DNA of 64,000 bases from a virus (lineage: Duplodnaviria > Caudoviricetes): positions 1 to 64,000 of IMG/VR virus record IMGVR_UViG_3300037601_000024; one strand, given 5' to 3'. This document shows, piece after piece, positions 19,801-27,405 of this stretch. Position 1 is the first letter of the stretch. Every line of letters starts with the position of its first letter. Made by a program: the position numbers and the translations under genes. The notes beneath the pieces are model-generated. The model had not been told where the DNA came from. It saw only the letters and a program-made list of their open reading frames with translations, and ran no database searches.

Positions 19801-20154
19801 GCCGGCGCCGGTCTGTCGGTTCACGATGGCTACTGGACCGGACTGCTGAAGCGGATCAAAGACGACCGCATCATTTCGCCGGATGAAATCAAGACTTACT
19901 CTCCCTTCCTTGATCAGGAAGTCGAGCTGCTGAAGCCGCAATTGATCATCACACTTGGCTCAAATGCGATGCGCCATTTCATTCCGGAGTTGAAGGGTGG
20001 GATAATGGATCACGTTGGGTCCACCCACTTCCTTCCGAAGCTGGATGCCACCGTTCTGATCGGTTTCAATCCTGGCATGATCTACCATGACCGGGACAAA
20101 ATGAACGACCTTGAAGAGGTCTTCAAGAAAGCCGCAGAAATTATCGGTGCTTAA
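16828..20154 (+). CDS. dnaE: DNA polymerase III alpha (family C) with C-terminal UDG-like domain
   Basis: PHP-like N-terminus, GPGRGSVGGSLVAYLMGITDVDP, FERFINPSR..LPDIDLDF, KLDILGL, VYQEQVMQ, YAFNKSHA; ORF track opens at 16816. Confidence 0.93.
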   Translation: MTMLGVRSHFSLGESTLKPEDIKRIAKEAEQSKVVICDTMTINALIETSKLADDTFDPRFGVALRVVDDITIRDKKTRQSIYFPKVYPRNWEAVQALFRAVSEAHRGDNFYMVPRMSWEMFFRMLEQGDFTVTSGDFYGVLERKDAVAKCEAIRSSARDFYVELTPVPTGYHDRVNQIAAFLVKHGDFKPLLSWPTMYDKDGHQSFVINRGIQKRSSYAKEVFLNQPVHEAYHAPSPSELVAYVKSAAERLEKIEPGHKAVWKQAILNQHEFFDALDYKWEKQPIALPNLAEDPDERVKELCVAGLKERMKAHVFGEHISAADYKSKYLPRLKYELGILKDMGFAEYFLLVDNLVRWCKSNGILVGPGRGSVGGSLVAYLMGITDVDPIRFGLIFERFINPSRNDLPDIDLDFMSTRRQEVIDYLVEEFGEEKVAGISNYGVLGSASAIKDVGRVYALDAAKLTVSKYIPKVHGQPVDLATAEKEVAEISTLADDHPQMWKHAVGLQGTMRSYGKHAAGTIVAGCNISDLAIVENRSGERTINWDMRVAESMGLVKLDILGLSTLDTIARAVDNIKKRHSKDVDILSIPLDDEKTLKAFSEGRTIGVFQFEGGAARRILKDMSKVNTVVFNDIVAANALNRPGPIDAGLVEKYVDAKNEEVENELPHPNMADALDETYNVIVYQEQVMQVAVDLCGFSLSEADTLRKAMGKKDKKLMAKLKDQFIDGAESHSGMDRDLAEDLFDQIEVFAGYAFNKSHAAEYSLISYQCMWLKVHYPVEFYAAALSTVKEDKLKPILKDALEAGIEVLPPDINLSERDFVIANDKTLITPLSRVKRAAGRAPEVIMSIRAEGKILSTDDLKKRLTEKKLGRWCNKSVIANLDAVGAFAHVEPGQKPPLDDSRIKDQLTLMPGLVTRVLRVDEKIPQDKHTKARIIGLVKNYSEADEHAVHCSPGIGKRAAFMAVADCPNHSEENEKMFAKGRSFDYCREALAGAGLSVHDGYWTGLLKRIKDDRIISPDEIKTYSPFLDQEVELLKPQLIITLGSNAMRHFIPELKGGIMDHVGSTHFLPKLDATVLIGFNPGMIYHDRDKMNDLEEVFKKAAEIIGA

Positions 20155-20238
20155 TTGTAAGTCATTATTGACAATATTTCTTGCGCTGGTATTGTGCAAC
20201 CTCATTCAAAACGAGTGAACAAAACAGAGGCTAAAACC

Positions 20239-20808
20239 ATGCAACAAACCACCATCCTTGGCTTTCTTGGAACAGAGGAATTCGACGCCATTCCCGGCTC
20301 GAACACGTTCCGAATTGGCCATCGCTATGATCAGATTTTGCGGAAAGGCGACGAAGTCGTAATTCGCGATGATGATCTGCACCAGCTTCGCGGCACAGCG
20401 GTCGTCTCAGACGTCTGGACCGGGAGCTTGCGTAACATGCTGCAAGAGCACGGCGATGAAAATCACCACCTGACGCGCGAACACTCTGAAGTTCGCCGCG
20501 CGGACCTGAAGTGCTTCCTCGAAGACGTCTACCGCGAGCTTGGCTACGACGTGGACGACACGACGCCATTCACCGTCATCTACTTCGAAGAAGCCGAGGA
20601 AGACTCTTCTGGCGCCGAAGGTGAGATCGAAACCGAAGAAGAGCCTGCGACATCAGAAGATGACGGCGCCGGCAAGGTGGAAGCGACTCCAACCCCCGCT
20701 GCGTCTGAGACTGAGCCGACCACTCAGGAGCCGCAGCCTGGCACCGTGTTCTCTGGCGCTCAGACCAGCGAGACTTCTACCGAAGCAGAGACAGAGGCTG
20801 CGGCCTAA
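20239..20808 (+). CDS. ASCH/PUA-like domain protein with acidic tail
   Basis: NTFRIG..GDEVVI...GTAVV resembles ASCH TxR..GD pattern; E/T/P-rich disordered tail; start at ATG 20239 after GAGG. Confidence 0.4.
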   Translation: MQQTTILGFLGTEEFDAIPGSNTFRIGHRYDQILRKGDEVVIRDDDLHQLRGTAVVSDVWTGSLRNMLQEHGDENHHLTREHSEVRRADLKCFLEDVYRELGYDVDDTTPFTVIYFEEAEEDSSGAEGEIETEEEPATSEDDGAGKVEATPTPAASETEPTTQEPQPGTVFSGAQTSETSTEAETEAAA

Positions 20809-21320
20809 TGTCAGACACCATCTTAAAGGTTGGACCCTACAAGGTGGATCAATTCGTGTCGGCCGAGCAACTTGCGGCCGACACAAACCTCAACGGCGCA
20901 GATTTGAATGACAGCTTCCTGAACCAATCCGGTTTGATGGCGTTCTATTCAACTCTGCTCGCGAAAGCAGGCTACCAGACCGGCGAGTTCAAATTGAAGC
21001 GCGATGTCCAAATGGCCATCGTCTCCAAAGAGTTTCGGGAAAATCCACCTTCCGACAAGAAACTCACCGAATCGGCACTGTCTGAATTGGTTTTGACGGA
21101 TAAGCGCGTTCAAGCGGTGAAAGCCGCCTACCTGCGCGCCGAAGAAGTTGAGGCTGTTATCAAGGGTGCTGTCGAAGCACTCCGCCATCGCAAGGATATG
21201 GTCGTCCAACTCGGCGCCGCATCTCGCGAGGAAGCTAAAGGCGCTGTCCGCATGAAAATGACGTCGGACACTTCTGATCGGAGCTCGGCTCTGAAAGCGA
21301 AGCTCGCAAAGGCGAAATAG
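20808..21320 (+). CDS. UvsY-like recombination mediator
   Basis: Helical coiled coil KLTESAL..LVLTD...A.L...KGAVEALRHRKDM; upstream of SSB and RecA. Confidence 0.55.
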   Translation: MSDTILKVGPYKVDQFVSAEQLAADTNLNGADLNDSFLNQSGLMAFYSTLLAKAGYQTGEFKLKRDVQMAIVSKEFRENPPSDKKLTESALSELVLTDKRVQAVKAAYLRAEEVEAVIKGAVEALRHRKDMVVQLGAASREEAKGAVRMKMTSDTSDRSSALKAKLAKAK

Positions 21321-21462
21321 GTTTCCCACGAGACCTGAAAAGTTTCGCACAGTAATGTGCGGATAACGGAACTCCGGTTCCACAACCCCGTCACAAAGTC
21401 AGTCATTCATGACTGATAAGTGGCGAGACTGAAAGCAATGCAAGCAGAAAAGGAAAGTAAGC

Positions 21463-22350
21463 ATGGCAGGATTGAGAGACCGCATCGCGGCAAAACGTCA
21501 GGCAATCGCTGACAAGAGCGCTGGCTTCGAACGTTCGTTCAAATGGTCAGTTGGGAAAACGTATTTCCGCCTCCTCCCAGGTAAGGCCGAAGCGGAAGAA
21601 TTCTTCGAAGAAATCGGGGTCCACTGGATCAAGTCCAAAGGCAAAGTTGTCACCTCTGTTGGTGACCGCGAAATTTGCTTCGGCGAACCGTGTCCGATCC
21701 GCGAGGGTATCGAAAGCGTCATGGCTCACGCACGTGACATCGGCGACGACGATATGCTCAAGGAAGCAAAAGACATGCTCGCCAAACCGCGCTTCTTCGC
21801 GAACGGTATCATCATCAAGGCTCCCGGCGAGTTTGAAAAAGACAAGCCGGAACTGCTCGAATTCTCCGAGCGGACTTGGGACCAAATCCTTTCGCAAATG
21901 GAAGACATGATCGAAGAACTGGACGAAGGCGCGGACCTCACCAAAGAAGGTCCATTCGCTCTTGACGGCGGCGTTGTCTTCGTTCTGGAAAAATCGGGTT
22001 CGGGTCTGGAGACGCGTTACAACGTCTATACCCACTCGAAGAAAGCGAAAGCTCCCGCAGGTGTGCTCGAAGCAGCAGTCGATCTCGCTGGCTATAAACG
22101 CTCGCAGTTCGATGAACGGGGCCGCAAGGCACTCGCTGCTCTTGGTGCCATGATCGGTGAAGACCTGTCAGACTCCGTCGCCGACGCTCTGACAGCACCG
22201 GCTCAGACCAAGCAACTCGCCGCGCCAGAATCCACCGACGATGACTTTGTCGACGAAGACGACGTGATTGAAGGCGAAGTCGCCGAAGAGACTCCCGCAG
22301 AGGAAGAACTCTCCGACGATGACATTCTGGCGGACCTCGACGACCTGTAA
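21463..22350 (+). CDS. Single-stranded DNA-binding protein (gp32-like)
   Basis: FRLLPG, HW, C...CPI, RFFAN, EKSGSGLETRY; strongly acidic C-tail DDDILADLDDL. Confidence 0.7.
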   Translation: MAGLRDRIAAKRQAIADKSAGFERSFKWSVGKTYFRLLPGKAEAEEFFEEIGVHWIKSKGKVVTSVGDREICFGEPCPIREGIESVMAHARDIGDDDMLKEAKDMLAKPRFFANGIIIKAPGEFEKDKPELLEFSERTWDQILSQMEDMIEELDEGADLTKEGPFALDGGVVFVLEKSGSGLETRYNVYTHSKKAKAPAGVLEAAVDLAGYKRSQFDERGRKALAALGAMIGEDLSDSVADALTAPAQTKQLAAPESTDDDFVDEDDVIEGEVAEETPAEEELSDDDILADLDDL

Positions 22351-22372
22351 GGGTACGTCAACCGTCCAAACC

Positions 22373-22408
22373 GAGGCCGCGTCGTTCGCATCCGGCGCGG
22401 CCTCATTT
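22373..22408 (+). terminator. Hairpin after SSB (terminator-like)
   Basis: GAGGCCGCG...CGCGGCCTC followed by ATTT (weak U-tract). Confidence 0.45.
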
Positions 22409-22419
22409 GCGAGGTTACT

Positions 22420-23358
22420 ATGGAACAGACCAAAAAGACAATCTTGGATGGCAACTCGATCGGTTTCCTGGCGCAACAATGCGGAGCGAAGCTGAAAGCC
22501 GGCGAAATCGAAACAACTGCGGTGTTTGGCTTCGTTCAAATCGTCCGCGATATCGTCAGCAAATCACGAGGCTCCGGAATTCTCGTCCTCTGGGATGGCT
22601 ATTCTTGGCGCAAACAGGAGTCGACTGAGTACAAAGCCAACCGTGGCGTCACGAAAGAAAATCAGGCAATGCGTAAAGCGTACAAGTCGCAAGGCAAGTA
22701 CATCCGCAAATGTCTGACCGCTCTCGGCATCACACAAGCTGTGGCCGGAAATCTGGAAGCGGATGACATGGCCGCGATCCTGAGTGAACGATACGTCAAA
22801 AACGGTTGCACCGTTCAGCTCTACACCCGAGACCGCGACTGGTTGCAGATGGTTCAACCCGGCGTCGTGTGGAAGGATCACCAAGATCACAACCGCATCT
22901 CTCATAAGAAGTTCATGGAAGAAACTGGGTATCCCGATCGCTTCCAGTTCGCAGAAGCGAAAGCTCTGACCGGAGATGCCTCTGACAACATCAAGGGTGT
23001 CGGCCAGATCGGTGAAGTGAAGGCAAAACTCATCCTCGAAATCTGGGGCAGCGTTCCAAAATTCCTCGAAGACGACAATCCTGCCGAGACTTGGAAGCAG
23101 ACCCAATCCGGCAAGTTTCCGAAAGCCATGAACGACTTTCACTCAATGTCAGAACGCATTGAGAAGTGGGAAGAAAACCTGCGAATGATGCAACTGGTCT
23201 GGCCGGAACAACTTCCGACGCCGGAGAACCTTCGCGTCGTCAAAGGTGACTTCAACCGTCAAGCTTTCGAAGCAATCTGCAAAGAGCTGGCGTTCCATTC
23301 TTTCCTTAAAGACATGGACCGCTTCATCCACCCATTCACCCCTATCACTGGAGACTAA
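22420..23358 (+). CDS. 5'-3' exonuclease / RNase H (PolI N-domain, T4 rnh-like)
   Basis: LDGNS, WDG.SWRK..Y.YKANR, EADD, TRDRDWLQ, LTGDASDNIKGVGQIG (H3TH). Confidence 0.88.
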   Translation: MEQTKKTILDGNSIGFLAQQCGAKLKAGEIETTAVFGFVQIVRDIVSKSRGSGILVLWDGYSWRKQESTEYKANRGVTKENQAMRKAYKSQGKYIRKCLTALGITQAVAGNLEADDMAAILSERYVKNGCTVQLYTRDRDWLQMVQPGVVWKDHQDHNRISHKKFMEETGYPDRFQFAEAKALTGDASDNIKGVGQIGEVKAKLILEIWGSVPKFLEDDNPAETWKQTQSGKFPKAMNDFHSMSERIEKWEENLRMMQLVWPEQLPTPENLRVVKGDFNRQAFEAICKELAFHSFLKDMDRFIHPFTPITGD

Positions 23359-23359
23359 T

Positions 23360-24349
23360 ATGGCATCTCTTGCAGACGCTCTCGCGAAGAAGAGTATCAC
23401 AAACGCCGAAAACCTGGCGCCTTCAATTTGGCTCGACACCGGCTACCCTGTCCTGAACAAGCGCGTGTCAGGCGACTATCAGAAAGGGTTCCCGCTCGGC
23501 CGCATTGTCGAGATTTTCGGACCTCCATCGGCTGGTAAGACCGCGATCGCCACCAAAGCGATGATCTCCGCACAAGCTGCCGGCGGACTGGCGATCTTCA
23601 TGGATCACGAACGAAGCTTCGACAGTCGCCTTGCTGAAAAGCTCGGCCTCGATCTCGATCCAAACCGGTTTGTCTATCTGGCGCCGGAGACGTTCGAGCA
23701 AAGCATGGATCAAGTTGTCGAGATTGGCGAAACTGTTCGCTCCGGTGACTTTGGTATCGATGCGGACGCGCCGATCTGCGTCGTCTTCGACTCGCTCGCC
23801 TCAATGGTCCCGAAGTCGAAGTGGGACAAAGCTGCTGCCGAATACAATATGAACGACAACACAGCGCTCGCTCGTGCGACGTCAGCCGCCTTCCCTGCTT
23901 TCGCGCAACGTTGCGAGAAATGGAACATGTTGGCGATTTTCCTGAACCAAGCGCGCACCAAGATCGGTGTCATGTTCGGGGATCCAACCACGACGCCAGG
24001 CGGAAGCTCGCCTGAGTTCTATTCGTCGATCCGCTTGAAACTTGGCGGCGGTAAGTTGAAAGAGAATGGCGGCAAGACGGTCGGTTGCGAAACGGTGAAA
24101 AACAAGGTTCACCGACCGTTCCTGAAATGCTCTTGGGACTTCGTGTTCCAAGATGATGGGTCAGGCAAGTTCGACGTTGTTGGCGGCGTCATCGAAGAGC
24201 TGAAAGAACTCGGCGCACTCGAGACTGCTGGCGCGTACATCATCTGGACCGATGGTAAGAAGTACCACAAAGCGCCGCTGGTGAAGAAGATCGAAGACGA
24301 AGGACTTCAAGCGGAACTGTTCGCCTTGCTGCCTGGCTGGGAGGACTAA
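23360..24349 (+). CDS. recA: RecA/UvsX recombinase
   Basis: GRIVEIFGPPSAGKT, DHERSFD, VFDSLA, FLNQ.R.KIGVMFGDP..TPGG. Confidence 0.92.
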   Translation: MASLADALAKKSITNAENLAPSIWLDTGYPVLNKRVSGDYQKGFPLGRIVEIFGPPSAGKTAIATKAMISAQAAGGLAIFMDHERSFDSRLAEKLGLDLDPNRFVYLAPETFEQSMDQVVEIGETVRSGDFGIDADAPICVVFDSLASMVPKSKWDKAAAEYNMNDNTALARATSAAFPAFAQRCEKWNMLAIFLNQARTKIGVMFGDPTTTPGGSSPEFYSSIRLKLGGGKLKENGGKTVGCETVKNKVHRPFLKCSWDFVFQDDGSGKFDVVGGVIEELKELGALETAGAYIIWTDGKKYHKAPLVKKIEDEGLQAELFALLPGWED

Positions 24350-24640
24350 GTGTCCGTCGGATTTATCGAAGAAGCTGTGAAGGAAGAGATGGTCCCCGTG
24401 ACTATCTCTTTTCACTCTGGCACCAAAGAGATTGCGAAGTTTGGCTATCGCAACGCGGTCGCGTTGTTCGCCAACCAAGAACTGTACGAAGCAGGCATAG
24501 TAAGTTTGCCAAGATACTATCCATCCGGAACGCGTCTATTTCAGCTCCAACATTCAACGATTGAACGGCTCGAAGTCGCAACGAACGACCTCAAAAAATT
24601 CATAGATGCAGTGAAGGATAAAATCGCCAATGAAGACTGA
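24350..24640 (+). CDS. Hypothetical protein
   Basis: GTG start immediately after recA stop; 96 aa. Confidence 0.5.
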   Translation: MSVGFIEEAVKEEMVPVTISFHSGTKEIAKFGYRNAVALFANQELYEAGIVSLPRYYPSGTRLFQLQHSTIERLEVATNDLKKFIDAVKDKIANED

Positions 24641-25204
24641 TGTTCGCTATATCAAAGGCGTCTCGTATGGAGTTTCGGTGCCGAAATCTTGGGACGAGAA
24701 AGGAATCTCACTTTGTGAGTATTGTGCGGCTCAGAACTTCTGCGGCACAGCCTTATCATCACCGAACGATCCGATATCTGGATGTGATGCCACGATCTTG
24801 CCACTGACGTTCCAAGACAAGACCGGTCTACACCGGCAGTATTTTTCAACGATCCGCCTTGGTAAAGCATGGGGTGAACGCCTCTCCGCAATTTCTGGCA
24901 TTGTAGCACTGGTTCACAAGACGAAGACGAAGGAAACCGTACTGGGATTTGCCGACGCCATACATCACGTGACCGTCCCAAAAGATGAGGCGATAAAAAG
25001 TTTTCGGACTTGAACCATCTCATAGTCGATCGTCCTGGCACTAAGGAACAGAAGTTAGATTTTTTGAGTAAGACGATCCGCCGCTACTATGGCGGCTTCG
25101 ATCAAGACGGAACCAAGCCATATACCGTAATCACATTGAAGAGGCTAACAGATGACGAAAGTGCGCGGATCGAAGCGACTTGGCCAGTGGATCACCGATT
25201 CTAA
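24630..25204 (+). CDS. ASCH-like protein split into two ORFs (24630-25013 and 25010-25204) by an apparent -1 frameshift
   Basis: Joined translation aligns with 20239-20808; the shift window 24989-25010 contains AAAAAGTTTT. Confidence 0.5.
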
Positions 25205-25604
25205 TTCTGAAGTGATCGAGCGCTTCCACAAGCGCCGCTTCAAAGACGTCATGCTGGTCATCAAACGAAAGACCACCGGCGCCACCCTGGTCATCGTAAC
25301 GCGCAAGCATCGCGATAGCTTCCGCAATGGTGAGAAGAGTATCAGCGCAGCGCGCAAGTCCGACCAAGAAACGTGGCCAATTGACGCTCATCTTTTACGT
25401 AAAACTAAACGCTACAAGCCGGATCGCGTTGTGGTCTATCTGGTGGACACAGATGATTTTTGGCTAAGCAACTTTGACGACTGGTTTGACCCGCATGTCC
25501 GCATCACACGGCGATCTAAGTATGGCGGTGAAGAAATATATCACATGCCGTCGAGTAAAATGACGCATGTCCCGAGCTTTAGCCACTTGCGTTCTGTGTC
25601 GTAA
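25152..25604 (+). CDS. Hypothetical basic protein
   Basis: 150 aa ORF in the + strand operon; start uncertain because it overlaps the previous ORF. Confidence 0.5.
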   Translation: MTKVRGSKRLGQWITDSNSEVIERFHKRRFKDVMLVIKRKTTGATLVIVTRKHRDSFRNGEKSISAARKSDQETWPIDAHLLRKTKRYKPDRVVVYLVDTDDFWLSNFDDWFDPHVRITRRSKYGGEEIYHMPSSKMTHVPSFSHLRSVS

Positions 25605-25641
25605 CTGATTATCACTTATTCATGACAATACGGAGGATCAA

Positions 25642-26694
25642 TTGACAGACATACCCTACGCTCTTTGCTCAGACGTGCACTGCCACGGATGGTCAGCTTT
25701 CGCGACCACAAACAAAGACGGTGTAAACTCCCGCCTCCAGATCATTCTCGACGAGCTGTTGGCATGTGCAACCGAACTCCGGTCGCGAGGTGGTGAAGTC
25801 ATGGTAATCGCCGGTGACCTCTTTCATGTTCGAGGCTCTGTGAAACCTTCGGTGATGAACCCCGTAATGGAGACATTTCAGAAGATCGGAAAGATGGGTG
25901 TCTTTGTTGTCGCGATTGCTGGAAATCATGACCTTGAGGGGAAGGATGCGGACACAATTGGAAACGCTATGCAGGCTCTTGGAGCGCTCACATCGTTCGA
26001 TCCAGTTACTGCACCGACAGATCTCTTTGAACCTAAAATAGCTTTGCTCCCTTGGTACTCCGACATCAACGAGTTGCGAGCGAAAATTAAAACTGCTGCA
26101 GACAATGCCGATCCCGGCGTGACAGATCTGGTGATCCACGCACCTCTAAATGGTGTCATTAAGGGAATACCTGACGCTGGATTGGATCCAGCTGAATTGT
26201 CTGATCTCGGATTCAACCGCGTGTTCGTGGGTCACTTCCATAACCACAAGTCATTCGAAAACGGTAAAGTTTACTCGGTCGGGGCGACTACGCATCAAAC
26301 CTGGAACGATCCTGGCAGTCGCGCTGGTTTCTGTATGGTGTACCCTGACCGAGTAGAGTTCATCCCGTCATCGGCTCCATCTTTCGTCGATATTAAAAAG
26401 CCGGAAGAGGTGGAAGAGGAGGTGGTCAGCGGAAACTATGTCCGCTTGAAGCTCGTTGATGTGACTGAAGCTGAGATCAAAACGTTCCGCACCGAATTGG
26501 AGAATCTCGGCGCTAAAGGTGTCAACATCATTGCGACCAAGAAAACTGAATCGACTCGCGCAGCTTCTATCAGTTCCGGCGCCTCACTCGAAGTTTCTGT
26601 CGCTGAGTATATTGAGAAAGACTCAGGCTTTTCCGATCAGAAGAAACTCCAAGAGCTTGCGTCTAGTATCCTTACGGAGGCTCGCTCGCGATGA
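25642..26694 (+). CDS. sbcD: SbcD/Mre11 (gp47-like) nuclease
   Basis: SDVH, AGDLFH, GNHD, GHFH metallophosphoesterase motifs; upstream of the SMC ATPase. Confidence 0.88.
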   Translation: MTDIPYALCSDVHCHGWSAFATTNKDGVNSRLQIILDELLACATELRSRGGEVMVIAGDLFHVRGSVKPSVMNPVMETFQKIGKMGVFVVAIAGNHDLEGKDADTIGNAMQALGALTSFDPVTAPTDLFEPKIALLPWYSDINELRAKIKTAADNADPGVTDLVIHAPLNGVIKGIPDAGLDPAELSDLGFNRVFVGHFHNHKSFENGKVYSVGATTHQTWNDPGSRAGFCMVYPDRVEFIPSSAPSFVDIKKPEEVEEEVVSGNYVRLKLVDVTEAEIKTFRTELENLGAKGVNIIATKKTESTRAASISSGASLEVSVAEYIEKDSGFSDQKKLQELASSILTEARSR

Positions 26695-26903
26695 ACTCAA
26701 CAGATAGAGAAGAATATTTCTATGTGCTGGTTGCCAGAGCGGCACGAGCGCTACTGACCGAGAAGAATACCAACGGTATGGCGTTTCAGCTCGGCGGTGT
26801 TCGAATAAACATTCAGGACGCTGACACTCAAATTGCTGTCGGCAAAGATAGTCCGTCGATTCAGCACCTATCAGAACGAGCGAGACGACTTTATGAGATA
26901 TAG
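26691..26903 (+). CDS. Hypothetical protein
   Basis: ATGA overlap with sbcD; 70 aa. Confidence 0.5.
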   Translation: MNSTDREEYFYVLVARAARALLTEKNTNGMAFQLGGVRINIQDADTQIAVGKDSPSIQHLSERARRLYEI

Positions 26904-27405
26904 AGAAACTTGGAAACCTGTCGCGGGTTATGAGGGTTATTACGAAGTTTCAGACGCTGGTAGAGTTCGCAGTATTCGAACCAACTTCGGCAATCCTCGT
27001 ATCCGAGGTCTCCGACAGTCAACCACTCATGATGGTTATCGTCGCGTTTGCCTTTCTAAAGACAATAAGAAGCGTCACGCTCATGTCGCCCACCTAGTGT
27101 TAGAGGCGTTCGTTGGACCACGGCCAGCCGGGATGCAAGCGTGCCACGGACCTGCCGGCAAGACTCAAAACAGTTTGTCCAACCTGCGGTGGGATACCCC
27201 TGAAGCTAACTATCAAGATCGCGCCAGAGACGGAAATGTAAAGGCTGGCGACAGTCATCCGATGGCTAAGATTACCACTGCTGTTGCTCGTAAAGTTAAA
27301 CAATCACCCAGCTCGCTTACAGCGAGGCAAGTCGCTGAGAAGTTGGGAGTATCAATCCACACGGTTCGTATGATCCGACAGGGAAGAATTTGGAGAAAAG
27401 CGTGA
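26893..27405 (+). CDS. Free-standing NUMOD4-HNH homing endonuclease
   Basis: ETWKPVAGYEGYYEVSDAGRVRS (NUMOD4), VAHLVLEAFVG..P.GMQACH...NSLSNLRW..PEAN (HNH), C-terminal HTH. Confidence 0.88.
   Translation: MRYRETWKPVAGYEGYYEVSDAGRVRSIRTNFGNPRIRGLRQSTTHDGYRRVCLSKDNKKRHAHVAHLVLEAFVGPRPAGMQACHGPAGKTQNSLSNLRWDTPEANYQDRARDGNVKAGDSHPMAKITTAVARKVKQSPSSLTARQVAEKLGVSIHTVRMIRQGRIWRKA

Noticed and set aside
21379-21389. TTCCACAACCC shared with 61610-61620
   Set aside because: A single 11-mer match in unrelated contexts is plausible by chance
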